Assembly: GCA_033764315.1 (NCBI GenBank)
Contig: JANRJA010000211.1
Location: forward strand, 1-44,451
Length of the DNA: 44,451 nucleotides
Direction: 5' to 3'
From: Oculatellaceae cyanobacterium bins.114
Lineage (GTDB): Bacteria > Cyanobacteriota > Cyanobacteriia > Elainellales > Elainellaceae
Shown: one piece after another, positions 9,589-19,581 of the stretch
Layout of the letters: each line of letters opens with the position of its first letter
Numbering within the stretch: the first letter of the stretch is position 1
Translations under genes and position numbers: made by a program
Notes under the pieces: model-generated
Database searches by the model: none
Told to the model about the DNA's origin: nothing
The model's input: only the letters and a program-made list of their open reading frames with translations

Positions 9589-9831
9589 ATGGCAGCAACA
9601 ATCGCAAAGTGGGGAAATAGCCTTGCTATTCGTATTCCACAGGCGTTAGCCAAGGAGATCCAATTGGTAGAAGGGGTTGAAGTTGATCTCGTCGTTGTGG
9701 ATGGGAATCTGCTTGTGAAACCAAAAATTCGCAAGCGATACTCGCTAGATGAGCTAGTTCAAGGAATTACGCCCAATAATCGTCACGCTGAGATTGACAG
9801 CAACACAGCTGTGGGGAACGAAGTTTGGTAG
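9589..9831 (+). CDS. mazE: AbrB/MazE family antitoxin
   Basis: IAKWGNSLAIRIP...YSLDELVQGITPNNRHAEID...VGNEVW. GGGAG RBS favours the ATG at 9589. Confidence 0.93.
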   Translation: MAATIAKWGNSLAIRIPQALAKEIQLVEGVEVDLVVVDGNLLVKPKIRKRYSLDELVQGITPNNRHAEIDSNTAVGNEVW

Positions 9832-10163
9832 CACCTTACATACCTGATCGAGGAGATATTGTTTTTTTAGATTTTGATCCTACTAAAGGGCATGAACAAC
9901 GAGGACATCGACCTGCTTTGGTTCTGTCGCCTCGTGCTTATAACGCGAAAAGCTCCTTGGCACTGTTAGTGCCAGTAACAAGGCAACAAAAAAGCTATCC
10001 GTTTGAAGTTCCTTTGCCATCTGGGTTAAAAACTCAAGGAGTGATTTTGGCAGATCAAATCAAGTGTCTAGATTGGAGGGCACGTAGGTTGGATTTTGTT
10101 GAATCTGTACCTAATGAGGTTGTTGAGGAAGTACAGGCAAAAATCGAGCCATTGCTGTTTTAG
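9825..10163 (+). CDS. mazF: MazF/PemK family endoribonuclease toxin
   Basis: YIPDRGDIVFLDFDPTKGHEQRGHRPALVLSP...YPFEV...LADQIKCLDWRAR. TTG start overlaps the mazE stop. Confidence 0.95.
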   Translation: MVAPYIPDRGDIVFLDFDPTKGHEQRGHRPALVLSPRAYNAKSSLALLVPVTRQQKSYPFEVPLPSGLKTQGVILADQIKCLDWRARRLDFVESVPNEVVEEVQAKIEPLLF

Positions 10164-10180
10164 ACCATTGCTGCTTTAGA
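10149..10180 (+). repeat. 16-bp tandem duplication spanning the mazF stop codon
   Basis: CCATTGCTGTTTTAGA / CCATTGCTGCTTTAGA (1 mismatch). Confidence 0.85.
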
Positions 10181-10183
10181 AAA

Positions 10184-10228
10184 GACAGAAAACAGAAGGC
10201 AAGAAGTAGAAGGCAGAAAAGTCAGAAA
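10184..10228 (+). repeat. Degenerate heptamer tandem repeats (STRR-like, GCAGAAG type)
   Basis: ACAGAAA ACAGAAG GCAAGAAG TAGAAG GCAGAAA ... CAGAAA. Confidence 0.55.
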
Positions 10229-10364
10229 TCATTTTTTGCTTAAGGAAAAATTTTATCACCGCCACTTATTATCTTTTAATTATTAAAATTTACTAGAAAA
10301 TAATTTTTACGCCGTTTGAGCTTACTAGAGCACAGTCCAGCAACACTTTTGTAGCTCTAGTGTT

Positions 10365-10625
10365 ATGCCCAATACACTAGGAAGATTAGTTGCTTTTACT
10401 AATGGTCGGGTAACACTCACTCTTGTTAGAAGGTCAAGAGTACAAGGCAGACTTGCTTTTGAAGTTTTCTTAAATAACCGCAGTTCTCTTGGAATTGTTG
10501 TCACTCCAACAGTACTTATTTCTAGGCAGTTAAGACTTATTTTCCAGCTACGTCCTAATCCCTTTATAGGTCGCGTTGACCAAGTCGCTGTAACAGTTGC
10601 TTGTTCTCCCTGGAGAAGAATCTAA
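10365..10625 (+). CDS. Orphan small Arg-rich protein (86 aa)
   Basis: ATG-initiated ORF filling the mazF-clpC gap, with an AT-rich upstream region and a downstream hairpin. No family recognised and no clear RBS. Confidence 0.5.
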   Translation: MPNTLGRLVAFTNGRVTLTLVRRSRVQGRLAFEVFLNNRSSLGIVVTPTVLISRQLRLIFQLRPNPFIGRVDQVAVTVACSPWRRI

Positions 10626-10677
10626 CGAGAACTGTCAGGAATCTTTGTAAAGTTTCTAGAGAACTGAAGAAAAACAC

Positions 10678-10708
10678 AAAACGGTGGAAGTAATAACTTC
10701 CACCGTTT
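10678..10708. terminator. Intrinsic terminator after clpC, probably bidirectional
   Basis: AAACGGTGGAAGT-AATA-ACTTCCACCGTTT, perfect 13-bp stem with A/T runs on both sides. Confidence 0.85.
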
Positions 10709-10737
10709 AATTGTTTGGTATTTTAACGAATCAGGGA

Positions 10738-13212
10738 TTACTCAACTGCTTGAGGTAAGAGCTCTCGCTTCTCACCAGGCAGAACGTTGACCTGACCCTC
10801 ATCGTTGACATCGATGACTGCCACATCGCCATTCTTGACCCGACCAGAGAGAATTTCTTCTGCCAAAGAATCCTCTAGCAATCGCATGATGGCGCGACGC
10901 AGAGGTCGAGCACCATAAGCGGGGTTGTAACCTTCTTCAACCAAGCGGTCTTTGAAGCGTTCAGTGACTTCCAGCGTAATGCCCTGTTCTAGCAAACGTC
11001 CAAAGACTTCGCGTAACAGGATATCAGCGATTTCCTTGACTTCGTCTTTGGTCAACTGACGGAAGACGATGATTTCGTCTAGACGGTTGAGAAACTCTGG
11101 GCGGAAGTATTGCTTGAGTTCTTCATTGACCAACGAGCGAATGCGGTTATATTGCGAATCGGCAGCACTTTCAGAAGTAAAGTCAAAGCCGAGTCCGCCG
11201 CCGCCTTTCTCAATCACCTTAGACCCGATGTTAGAGGTCATGATCAAGAGAGTGTTTTTGAAGTCAACCGTGCGGCCTTTTGCATCTGTCAGCCGTCCAT
11301 CCTCCAAAATTTGCAGGAGCATGTTGAAGACATCGGGGTGGGCTTTCTCGATTTCATCAAACAGGACAACGGTATAAGGACGACGACGAACTGCTTCGGT
11401 GAGCTGACCGCCCTCGTTATAACCGACATACCCTGGAGGCGAACCGATGAGCTTAGAAACTGTATGACGCTCCATGTATTCCGACATGTCAAGCCGGATC
11501 ATGGCATCCTCAGAACCGAAGAAATAAGCGGCTAACGCCTTAGTCAATTCCGTCTTACCGACCCCAGTGGGACCAGAGAAGATAAAGCTAGCAATTGGAC
11601 GGTTAGGGTTCTTAAGACCTACCCGCGCCCGACGGATGGCACGCGAGACGGCTTTCACCGCTTCATCTTGACCAATCAAGCGATTGTGCAAGGTGTCTTC
11701 CATGTGCAGCAGTTTCTCAGACTCAGATTCTGTCAACTTGTTAACTGGAACACCTGTCCAAGATGCCACAATTTGGGCGATGTCTTCTTCATCCACAACG
11801 GGTGAAAAGTCTTCGCCATCTGTGGTTTCTGCTTTGCGGTTTTGAGCGATCGCCCGGATCTCAGCTTTGATTTCCATTTCGCGATCGCGCAGTTCAGCGG
11901 CCCGGTCAAAGTCTTGAGAGCGAACCGCATCGTCTTTATCTTTAAGGACTTGGCGCAGTTCCTTATCTAATTCCTTAGCGGCAGGAGGCAACTGAGAGTT
12001 AATCAAACGAACGCGAGACCCTGCTTCGTCCACCAAGTCGATGGCTTTATCGGGTAAGAAGCGATCGCTGATATAGCGGTCAGATAGCTTGGCGGCTGCT
12101 TCTAGAGCTGCATCTGAAATTTTCAGTTTGTGGTGCTGCTCATAGCGTTCGCGCAACCCACGCAAGATTTCGATGGTTTCATCAACCGTCGGTTCGCCAA
12201 CCATCACGGGCTGGAAGCGACGTTCTAGAGCCGCATCCCGCTCAATGTGTTTGCGGTATTCATCTAACGTGGTGGCTCCGATACATTGCAACTCACCTCG
12301 TGCCAAAGCGGGCTTGAGGATGTTGGCCGCATCGATCGCCCCTTCAGCAGCTCCTGCCCCAATTAAGGTATGCACCTCGTCAATGACCAGAATGACATTT
12401 CCGGCTTGACGAATCTCATCCATAATTTTCTTCAAGCGTTCCTCAAATTCACCCCGATATTTGGTTCCAGCGACCAATAAACCAATATCGAGGGTGACGA
12501 CGCGCTTATCTTCTAAAATATCCGGGATGTCGTTGTTTGCAATCCGTTGTGCCAGCCCTTCAGCGATCGCCGTTTTACCAACGCCGGGTTCGCCAATTAG
12601 CACAGGGTTGTTTTTAGTACGACGACCCAAAATTTGGATCACCCGCTCAATTTCTTTCTGACGACCCACAACTGGGTCTAGCTTGCCCTCGGCTGCCATC
12701 TGTGTCAGGTTAGAGCCAAACTCGTCAAGAGTCGGAGTTTTGGTTCGACCTTGGCTGCCGCCTGCGGAAACTTCAGCTGTTTCGCCCAGCATTCGAATGA
12801 CTTGAGTACGAACCTTGGACAGGTCAACGCCCAAGTTTTCGAGAACTCGTGCAGCGACTCCTTCCCCTTCTCGGATCAACCCTAACAGTAGATGCTCGGT
12901 GCCGATATAGTTGTGTCCGAGCTGACGAGCCTCTTCCAGCGACAGTTCTAAAACACGCTTGGCTCGTGGAGTAAATGGAATTTCAACAGCAACGAATCCA
13001 GAACCACGACCGATAATCTTTTCGACTTCGATTCGGGCGTCTTTGAGGTTGACCCCCATTGACTTGAGAACTTTGGCGGCGACGCCGGTCCCTTCTCCAA
13101 TCAGACCCAAGAGGATCTGCTCTGTACCCACAAAATTATGTCCCAGGCGACGAGCTTCTTCCTGGGCAAGCATAATCACCTTAATGGCTTTTTCTGTGAA
13201 GCGTTCAAACAT
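10738..13212 (-). CDS. clpC: ATP-dependent Clp protease ATP-binding subunit ClpC
   Basis: [31 protein letters not shown]. Two AAA+ modules ([16 protein letters not shown]) and a UVR segment. Confidence 0.99.
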   Translation of the reverse strand: MFERFTEKAIKVIMLAQEEARRLGHNFVGTEQILLGLIGEGTGVAAKVLKSMGVNLKDARIEVEKIIGRGSGFVAVEIPFTPRAKRVLELSLEEARQLGHNYIGTEHLLLGLIREGEGVAARVLENLGVDLSKVRTQVIRMLGETAEVSAGGSQGRTKTPTLDEFGSNLTQMAAEGKLDPVVGRQKEIERVIQILGRRTKNNPVLIGEPGVGKTAIAEGLAQRIANNDIPDILEDKRVVTLDIGLLVAGTKYRGEFEERLKKIMDEIRQAGNVILVIDEVHTLIGAGAAEGAIDAANILKPALARGELQCIGATTLDEYRKHIERDAALERRFQPVMVGEPTVDETIEILRGLRERYEQHHKLKISDAALEAAAKLSDRYISDRFLPDKAIDLVDEAGSRVRLINSQLPPAAKELDKELRQVLKDKDDAVRSQDFDRAAELRDREMEIKAEIRAIAQNRKAETTDGEDFSPVVDEEDIAQIVASWTGVPVNKLTESESEKLLHMEDTLHNRLIGQDEAVKAVSRAIRRARVGLKNPNRPIASFIFSGPTGVGKTELTKALAAYFFGSEDAMIRLDMSEYMERHTVSKLIGSPPGYVGYNEGGQLTEAVRRRPYTVVLFDEIEKAHPDVFNMLLQILEDGRLTDAKGRTVDFKNTLLIMTSNIGSKVIEKGGGGLGFDFTSESAADSQYNRIRSLVNEELKQYFRPEFLNRLDEIIVFRQLTKDEVKEIADILLREVFGRLLEQGITLEVTERFKDRLVEEGYNPAYGARPLRRAIMRLLEDSLAEEILSGRVKNGDVAVIDVNDEGQVNVLPGEKRELLPQAVE

Positions 13213-13249
13213 GGCGGTTTTCTATCACCTGCTGCGTGCCGGTACGCTG

Positions 13250-13258
13250 ATTCTAGCA
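13250..13258 (-). promoter_or_regulatory. Extended -10 promoter element for clpC (TGcTAGAAT)
   Basis: Minus-strand TGCTAGAAT about 38 nt upstream of the ATG, followed by a small GCGT...ACGC leader hairpin and AGGTG. Confidence 0.5.
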
Positions 13259-13404
13259 TAGGGAAATCGTCCGGTTGCTATCCCTAAGCAACAGGTCTGA
13301 GGTAGAAATTACCGAAGGAGTGAACACACTGCTTTAACAAGAGCCTTTTTGGGGATCAAAGAAGCCACCAATAAAAGAATTCTTGTCAGGGAAAGGAATT
13401 TACG

Positions 13405-14064
13405 TCAAGAGGTAATTTGAGAGAATTGAGAATGGGTCAACTCCTCGGAGAGCTGCCATCCCGATTGCGAGAGGCGATCGCAGACCTCTTGATACTTTAT
13501 TCGCAACGTCTCATGGAATTCAGGTTTTTGGACACCACTGCGCCATAAGATCAGAGCATCTTCACCCGTGTCGGGGTAGTAGTGACGCCGTTTCCCCACC
13601 GTCTCAAAACCAAATTTTTGGTAGAGGGCGATCGCGACTTGATTGGACACTCTTACCTCTAGTGTGACCCACTCTAACTTTCGCTGCCATGCCGCTACTA
13701 GTAGACGATAAAGCAAAAATTGCCCTAATCCCTGACGTTGATAGTCGGGGTGAATTGCCAGGATTGTGATATGCGCCTCTTCTAGAATTGCCCACAAACA
13801 GCCCAGACCAATGAGGTTTGAGGGCTGAGGTCTGAGTTCTGAGGGGGAGTTGTAAGAGAAAGGATCACGGATACAAGATGAGGGGTCTTTGGCCTCTCCA
13901 TCGTTCCTGTCTTCTGCCTGTAGCACTAATAAATCACTAAAAGGACTGTCTAACTCCCGTCGATAGCCTTCTGCTGTCCACAGCCCACCAAAGCACTGCT
14001 GATCTAAAGCGATCGCGGCTGACAACAGATCTTCAGTCAGTGGCTTTAACGTTAGAAAATTCAC
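13405..14064 (-). CDS. rimI: Ribosomal protein S18-alanine N-acetyltransferase (GNAT)
   Basis: EEAHITILAIHPDYQRQGLG, TLEVRVSNQVAIALYQKFGF, GKRRHYY...EDALILW. Confidence 0.92.
   Translation of the reverse strand: MNFLTLKPLTEDLLSAAIALDQQCFGGLWTAEGYRRELDSPFSDLLVLQAEDRNDGEAKDPSSCIRDPFSYNSPSELRPQPSNLIGLGCLWAILEEAHITILAIHPDYQRQGLGQFLLYRLLVAAWQRKLEWVTLEVRVSNQVAIALYQKFGFETVGKRRHYYPDTGEDALILWRSGVQKPEFHETLRIKYQEVCDRLSQSGWQLSEELTHSQFSQITS
13812..13846. repeat. Five heptamer tandem repeats (TGAGGNN) inside rimI
   Basis: TGAGGTT TGAGGGC TGAGGTC TGAGTTC TGAGGGG. Confidence 0.7.
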
Positions 14065-14165
14065 AGAAGCGTTAAGGAGATTGGTCAGGATGCACAGCCC
14101 TCAATTGTACACTAGGTAATAGAACGCACTTGCCCTCTTAATCATTCAAGGAAAAATCGAACACG

Positions 14166-15563
14166 ATGGTATCAACTCCCGCTACGGCGGCAGAGCGTTG
14201 TGGTGTCCAGTATCTTCCTCAGATTCGGTCAGACAACCCTTCCCCTAATCAACATCTGCTTCCTCTGACGGCTCAGGTCAATGCTCAAAATCACCTGGAA
14301 ATTGGTGGATGTGATGTGGTTGGGCTGGTCCATCAGTTTGGCTCACCCCTTTACATTCTTGATGAAGCTACTCTCCGTCAGGCTTGCCGTCAATATCGAG
14401 ATGCACTGAAACAGTATTATCCAGGCGAATCCCTGGTGATCTATGCCTCAAAAGCGTGGAATTGCCTAGCCGTTTGCGCGATTGTGGCTAGCGAAGGCTT
14501 GGGCATTGATATTGTCTCTGGAGGTGAGTTGTATACCGCTGTGCAAGCGGGTGTCGCAGCCAATCAACTCTATCTACACGGCAATAATAAATCCGTTGAG
14601 GAATTGCAGTCTGCGATCGCATTTGGGATCACCATTGTGGTCGACAACTGGTATGAACTGAAAACCCTGGCAGCCATGCAGGATGAAACATCCTCGATTC
14701 GCATCATGCTGCGCCTCACACCAGGGATTGAGTGCCATACTCACGACTATATTCGCACTGGACATCTTGATAGCAAGTTTGGCTTTGATCCTGACCAATT
14801 GGATGACGTTTTCCAATTTGTCAGTCAACACTCTGCTTTAAACTGTGTAGGCTTGCATGCCCACATTGGATCTCAAATTTTTGAATTGCAACCCCATACT
14901 GATTTAGCGGGAGTCATGGTGCAGTGGCTCAGCAAGGCGGCAACCTATGGTTTGTCAATCCAGGAATTAGATGTTGGGGGTGGATTAGGCATTCGTTATA
15001 CCGAAGCTGATGATCCTCCAAGCATTGACGCCTGGGCAAAAGTTGTGGGAGAAGGGGTCGCTCATGCCTGTCAGTCTCAAAACATTGCGTTGCCAAAACT
15101 AATTGTTGAACCGGGGCGATCGCTGATTGGCTCGGCTTGCGTCACCGCCTATACAGTGGGTAGTCAAAAGGTCATCCCTGGAATTCGCACCTACATCACG
15201 GTAGATGGTGGCATGTCAGATAACCCCCGTCCTATCACCTATCAGTCGGTTTATCGGGCGATCATTGCTAATCGCATGCGGGATCCTCTCACAAAAACCG
15301 TGACAATTGCCGGAAAACATTGTGAGTCAGGCGATATTGTCATTAAGAGTGCTGATCTCCCGGAAACTCAATCGGGCGATATTCTCGTTGTGATGGCAAC
15401 TGGTGCCTACAATTACAGCATGGCATCCAACTACAATCGTTTGCCTCGTCCGGCAGCGGTTTTAGTCAATGCCGGAGAAGCCAACTTGATTTTGCAGCGG
15501 GAAACTTATCAAGATTTAATTCGACAAGATCGTTTACCGGAAAGACTACTTAAACAAGGATGA
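14166..15563 (+). CDS. lysA: Diaminopimelate decarboxylase
   Basis: YASKA PLP lysine, SKFG, HAHIGSQI, DVGGGLG, EPGRS, CESGD, GAYNYSMASNYN. Confidence 0.97.
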   Translation: MVSTPATAAERCGVQYLPQIRSDNPSPNQHLLPLTAQVNAQNHLEIGGCDVVGLVHQFGSPLYILDEATLRQACRQYRDALKQYYPGESLVIYASKAWNCLAVCAIVASEGLGIDIVSGGELYTAVQAGVAANQLYLHGNNKSVEELQSAIAFGITIVVDNWYELKTLAAMQDETSSIRIMLRLTPGIECHTHDYIRTGHLDSKFGFDPDQLDDVFQFVSQHSALNCVGLHAHIGSQIFELQPHTDLAGVMVQWLSKAATYGLSIQELDVGGGLGIRYTEADDPPSIDAWAKVVGEGVAHACQSQNIALPKLIVEPGRSLIGSACVTAYTVGSQKVIPGIRTYITVDGGMSDNPRPITYQSVYRAIIANRMRDPLTKTVTIAGKHCESGDIVIKSADLPETQSGDILVVMATGAYNYSMASNYNRLPRPAAVLVNAGEANLILQRETYQDLIRQDRLPERLLKQG

Positions 15564-15706
15564 CGGGTGAGGGATGAAGGATTAAAGATAGGCATAAAAC
15601 AATGGGTATTGGTCTCAATCTCATCCATTGCAAGACTTATTCTCAAGTTTTTCAATCAGCATCTATAGCATCCTTCCGGTTTCATCCTTCATCCTTCTAA
15701 TCCCTC
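15558..15706. repeat. Inverted pair of heptamer tracts (GGATGAA / TTCATCC) in the lysA-cdaA spacer
   Basis: GGATGAC GGGTGAG GGATGAA GGATTAA on the left; TTCATCC TTCATCC TTCTAATCCCTC on the right. Confidence 0.6.
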
Positions 15707-15744
15707 CTTAGTTTCAGATGTTATGGTTCATCCAGATCAATCAG

Positions 15745-16668
15745 ATGGCATCTCTTTTAAAGCAATGGCTGACTAACCTTGGCTGGGATCAGTCCTTGCT
15801 ACGGTCTGTCATTGATGTTGGGTTGGTTCTGGCTCTGACCTACATTGTGCTTGTCATTATTGGAGAACGTCGCACGCTCTGGATGGTTAGAGGGCTAATT
15901 TTGTTGATGCTGGCATCAGCCCTGAGCAGTTATTTTGAATTAAAACTGCTTAATTTTGTGTTAGAAAAGCTGGTGATTGGATCTGCGGTGGCGATGGCAT
16001 TTATCCTCCAAGCCGAGTTTCGTCGGTTTTTGGAGCAGTTAGGGCGAGGAGAGATTTTGCAACTCTTTCAACCCTCACGAGAGGCGATTCCTAAGCCTGA
16101 CAGTGTGATTGATGAAATTGTGGATGCGGTTAAAGAACTATCGCAAAACCGGATAGGGGCACTACTCATCTTAGAAACTAGTCGTCCCATGGATGAACGA
16201 GATTTTTCCGTTCCGGGGGTCAAGCTGAATGCAGAAGTATCAAAGGAGTTGCTACAAACCATCTTTCAGACGACCACCTTGTTACATGATGGGGCAGTCT
16301 TAATTCGTGCCTCTCGCGTTGTGGCGGCTGGGGTCATCTTGCCACTCTCAGAGCGAACGGCATCTCGGCAATTGGGAACTCGTCACCGAGCCGCTATGGG
16401 AATTACTGAACGAGTCGAAAACTGCATCTGCGTCGTTGTATCCGAAGAGACAGGGTCTATTTCGTTAGCCGAAAGAGGAGTTTTAAATCGACCGCTAACC
16501 AGCAATAAATTGAGGGAACTATTAATGGCACGGTTTTCTCAATCTGTTGAACGAGAGGCGGTTGCCCCCCAACTACGGAGTTTGGGTCGTCAACTTAGAA
16601 CTCAAATCACGGTGTTGTTTTCGCGTTTTGTCCGCTTTTTATTGTCGGCTTCTCGGGAGAAAAAATGA
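15745..16668 (+). CDS. cdaA: Diadenylate cyclase CdaA
   Basis: Three N-terminal TM helices. DAC motifs LHDGA and [17 protein letters not shown]. Alternative start at 15718. Confidence 0.95.
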   Translation: MASLLKQWLTNLGWDQSLLRSVIDVGLVLALTYIVLVIIGERRTLWMVRGLILLMLASALSSYFELKLLNFVLEKLVIGSAVAMAFILQAEFRRFLEQLGRGEILQLFQPSREAIPKPDSVIDEIVDAVKELSQNRIGALLILETSRPMDERDFSVPGVKLNAEVSKELLQTIFQTTTLLHDGAVLIRASRVVAAGVILPLSERTASRQLGTRHRAAMGITERVENCICVVVSEETGSISLAERGVLNRPLTSNKLRELLMARFSQSVEREAVAPQLRSLGRQLRTQITVLFSRFVRFLLSASREKK

Positions 16669-17417
16669 CAGCAAATTCCACCCTTTTAAGAGAGTTACCT
16701 GCTGATTTAGATCGGGAACGCTTGCCAAGGCATGTAGCCGTGATTATGGATGGCAATGGTCGCTGGGCAAAGCGACAGGGGTTGCCTCGCATTATGGGTC
16801 ATCATCGCGGAGTAGACACGCTCAAAGACATTCTTCGATGTTGCAAAGATTGGGGCATTAAAGCACTGACCGCCTACGCGTTTTCGACTGAAAACTGGGG
16901 ACGTCCACTCGAAGAAGTGGACTTTTTGATGACTTTGTTTGAACGGGTGCTGCGACAAGAGTTGCGCGAAATGATGGCAGAAAATGTGCGGATTCGCTTT
17001 GTGGGAAATCTGGGTGCTTTACCTGCTTCGCTTAGGGCAGAAATCGAACGCTCTATGATCGAGACCCAACACAATCAGGGGATCGATTTTTCAGTCGCGA
17101 CAAATTATGGTGGGCGACAAGAAATTTTGCAGGCGTGCCGGTCGATTGCGACTCAGATTCAGCAAGGCAAGATTCAACCCGAGGATATTGATGAGTCTTT
17201 GTTTGAGCAACATCTCTATACAGCCGGGGTTTGTGATCCTGACTTGCTGATTCGTACAAGTGGAGAGATGCGGATTAGCAACTTTTTACTCTGGCAGATG
17301 GCGTACGCAGAAATCTATATCACAGATACAATGTGGCCCGATTTTGATCGAGCCGAATTCCATCGTGCTTTATGTGCCTATCAACAGCGCGATCGCCGCT
17401 TTGGGCGGGTGAAATAG
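16665..17417 (+). CDS. uppS: Undecaprenyl diphosphate synthase (isoprenyl transferase)
   Basis: [55 protein letters not shown] overlap with cdaA. Confidence 0.97.
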   Translation: MTANSTLLRELPADLDRERLPRHVAVIMDGNGRWAKRQGLPRIMGHHRGVDTLKDILRCCKDWGIKALTAYAFSTENWGRPLEEVDFLMTLFERVLRQELREMMAENVRIRFVGNLGALPASLRAEIERSMIETQHNQGIDFSVATNYGGRQEILQACRSIATQIQQGKIQPEDIDESLFEQHLYTAGVCDPDLLIRTSGEMRISNFLLWQMAYAEIYITDTMWPDFDRAEFHRALCAYQQRDRRFGRVK

Positions 17418-17449
17418 TAGATTACGACCAGAGATAGAGTGTGAGTCTG

Positions 17450-17830
17450 CTAGGATGCTCTGGCAATCAGAGCCGACTCCACAGGATATCCTACGGCTTT
17501 CCAGGCAGCAACCCCACCCCTCAACTCAGATACGTGAGAGTATCCGGCATTGCGGAGGTGGGTGGCAGCGATCGCCGTTTCATCGTCGGTCACTCCATAT
17601 ACATAAATATCCCGGTCAAGCTCCAATCGGGTTAGAGATCGCTTGACCAATTCTTTCATGGGTATTGAGATAGCCCCCATAACATGCCCCTGATTAAACT
17701 CGGTGCGATCGCGGGCATCAATGATGGTTAGGGCAGGTTCGCCCCAATCCAACCGACTTTTAAGATCATGAACGCGTGAGCGAGATTGAAGCTTAGGTGG
17801 AACCGGAATCATTCCAAGAAATCTAGTCAT
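17450..17830 (-). CDS. Rhodanese-like domain protein (catalytic Cys absent)
   Basis: IIDARDRTEFNQGHVMGAISIP, IYVYG (no Cys), LRGGVAAWKAVGYP. First ATG at 17830. Confidence 0.88.
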   Translation of the reverse strand: MTRFLGMIPVPPKLQSRSRVHDLKSRLDWGEPALTIIDARDRTEFNQGHVMGAISIPMKELVKRSLTRLELDRDIYVYGVTDDETAIAATHLRNAGYSHVSELRGGVAAWKAVGYPVESALIARAS

Positions 17831-17936
17831 GAGGAGCAACAGCCAGTGGAGCGATATCTGCACTGTAACAAGATTTCTGAGAATAGTGCAAACTTTTATT
17901 GAGCGAATATTTACGAATGTATCTATTTATGCATTA

Positions 17937-18800
17937 TTACAGTGCAACCTCTTGAATATCCGCCAATGTCAGAGGGTTAACGGTGTTTTGATGGGTTCCG
18001 TGACGTCGGCATCGAATTGCAAAAGGACACTGGTTGCAATAACCTGTTGACTCTTCTACTTGGGGGAATGGCTGCTGAGCCGCTTGCCATTGGGTCAGTT
18101 GACTGAGTAAATGGGTAATGTCTTGGCGATCGCGCTGATATTGATCTGTGTTGTAGTGAAATGTCAGATGTTCAGGGGTCACTTTAACTTGCCCCTCCCC
18201 TTCTTGATCTTGCCGACCTTGGATAAACCAGTAGGTCATGGAAATGTCTTCGGGGCGATAGTGTGTCGTCTCAGCTAACACAAACGGATAAAGTCGGGTC
18301 TGCCAGTTGCGCTCTAGCGATCGCGACTGGGCAGGGCGAGGATAGGTTTTCCAGTCTAAGATCTGGGCTCGTTGGGCTTCTAAAATCAGCAAATCATAGA
18401 CCACTGTCAATAAATATCCCTCAAATTCCACGGTGCGGCGATGCTCACTCTGACGCAAAAGAGCCTCGGTTGAGTCAAATAAGTTGGGTGCCGTCTCAAT
18501 CAACGCTTGGACACACTGTTGCAGGGGAGCGGTCACATCTTGAAAGGAGACAAGCGGCAAGCCCAACTCGTGTTGCTGCATTAACAGGTGAAATTGCTGC
18601 CCCCAGATCAAGCGTTCTTGCTGTTCTAAGGGGGTCAGTGATCCGAGTTGATCGAGATAGGTGTGTTGAAACTTTCGAGGACAGGTTTCTAAAAGACTGA
18701 GCTGTCCTTGAGACAATCGCATGACCATAGGTGAAGACTTCTCAATCTCAGTAATGGTGACGTGGGGTAAAAGCTTAGCCTGCCGCCACCGACGAGCCAT
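17937..18800 (-). CDS. PD-(D/E)XK nuclease family protein (AddB/Cas4-like, four Cys for a probable Fe-S cluster)
   Basis: LSQGQL...CPRKF, GQQFH, YDLL...ILDWKT, Q..LY, C-terminal CNQCPFAIRC. The start may be at 18728 or 18722. Confidence 0.88.
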   Translation of the reverse strand: MARRWRQAKLLPHVTITEIEKSSPMVMRLSQGQLSLLETCPRKFQHTYLDQLGSLTPLEQQERLIWGQQFHLLMQQHELGLPLVSFQDVTAPLQQCVQALIETAPNLFDSTEALLRQSEHRRTVEFEGYLLTVVYDLLILEAQRAQILDWKTYPRPAQSRSLERNWQTRLYPFVLAETTHYRPEDISMTYWFIQGRQDQEGEGQVKVTPEHLTFHYNTDQYQRDRQDITHLLSQLTQWQAAQQPFPQVEESTGYCNQCPFAIRCRRHGTHQNTVNPLTLADIQEVAL

Positions 18801-18803
18801 GAT

Positions 18804-19394
18804 TTATCGACTGACTTTGGCTAAAACAAAGACACTCCCTTCGTTGCCTCGTCCAATTCTTAAATCGTCATCTAGATAGGTGATGTCTAACCACCCTTGC
18901 CGATCTCGATTTTCAAGGCTGACATCGATCGCCGAAAATGCTTTTCCTGACTCAATCTGACTGACAAAATCCTCGACTGAGCGATAGCCAATCAATCGCT
19001 GTAATCCTACAATCGACCGCTCAAATTTGACATCGACCCGCCGCTCATTCACAGCCTCAAATCGGGCTGCAACGCTGACAAACCCTTCTAAGTAGGGCAG
19101 ACCAAAGACCTCTGCCACGTTATAAATCTTGGCAGTATTGGTTCGCACATATTGATAAACTTGCCCCAACCTGAGCAATGGAACCTGCTCAACCCGCAGT
19201 AAATCTTGGCTGGTGGTATATAGTAATCGCCAATTGCCATTTAATTTGTCTGTTGCTTCAACGGGTCGTGCCGTCGGATTGCGATCTTCTAATTGCGCCA
19301 CAGCCGCCAAAATGGCTGTTTGATCATCGTCTGTTGCCAGTAGCCCACGATTTTTGCCTGCGATCGCCTCTAGTAATGCTGTTTTGCCAATCAT
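18804..19394 (-). CDS. PAP/fibrillin family protein
   Basis: LLEAIAGKNRG, LEDRNPT, LNGNWRLLYTT, GWLDITYLDDDLRIGRGNEGSVFVL. GGAG RBS before the ATG at 19394. Confidence 0.92.
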   Translation of the reverse strand: MIGKTALLEAIAGKNRGLLATDDDQTAILAAVAQLEDRNPTARPVEATDKLNGNWRLLYTTSQDLLRVEQVPLLRLGQVYQYVRTNTAKIYNVAEVFGLPYLEGFVSVAARFEAVNERRVDVKFERSIVGLQRLIGYRSVEDFVSQIESGKAFSAIDVSLENRDRQGWLDITYLDDDLRIGRGNEGSVFVLAKVSR

Positions 19395-19581
19395 GTATCT
19401 CCGCTCCAAAACCCTGTCTTCACTATAGATAGGTTGAAGCTCTTGCATGACGACAATTCATAAAGCCTTTTTATCTGTAATGTGAAGTAGTTTTCCTCCT
19501 TAGGGTAATCGATCCCTCTAATCTTGACATACACTGTAATTTGGACGTTTTTGACTCAATTGAACCACTACACTGAACTCT

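Noticed and set aside
11069..13261. Several plus-strand ORFs within clpC (and similar ones in pilB, dnaK, priA, natE and 43814-44194)
   Set aside because: Antisense or alternate-frame shadows of strongly conserved genes.
17937..18800. CRISPR-Cas locus around the Cas4-like gene
   Set aside because: No repeat-spacer array and no cas1, cas2 or effector genes in the window.
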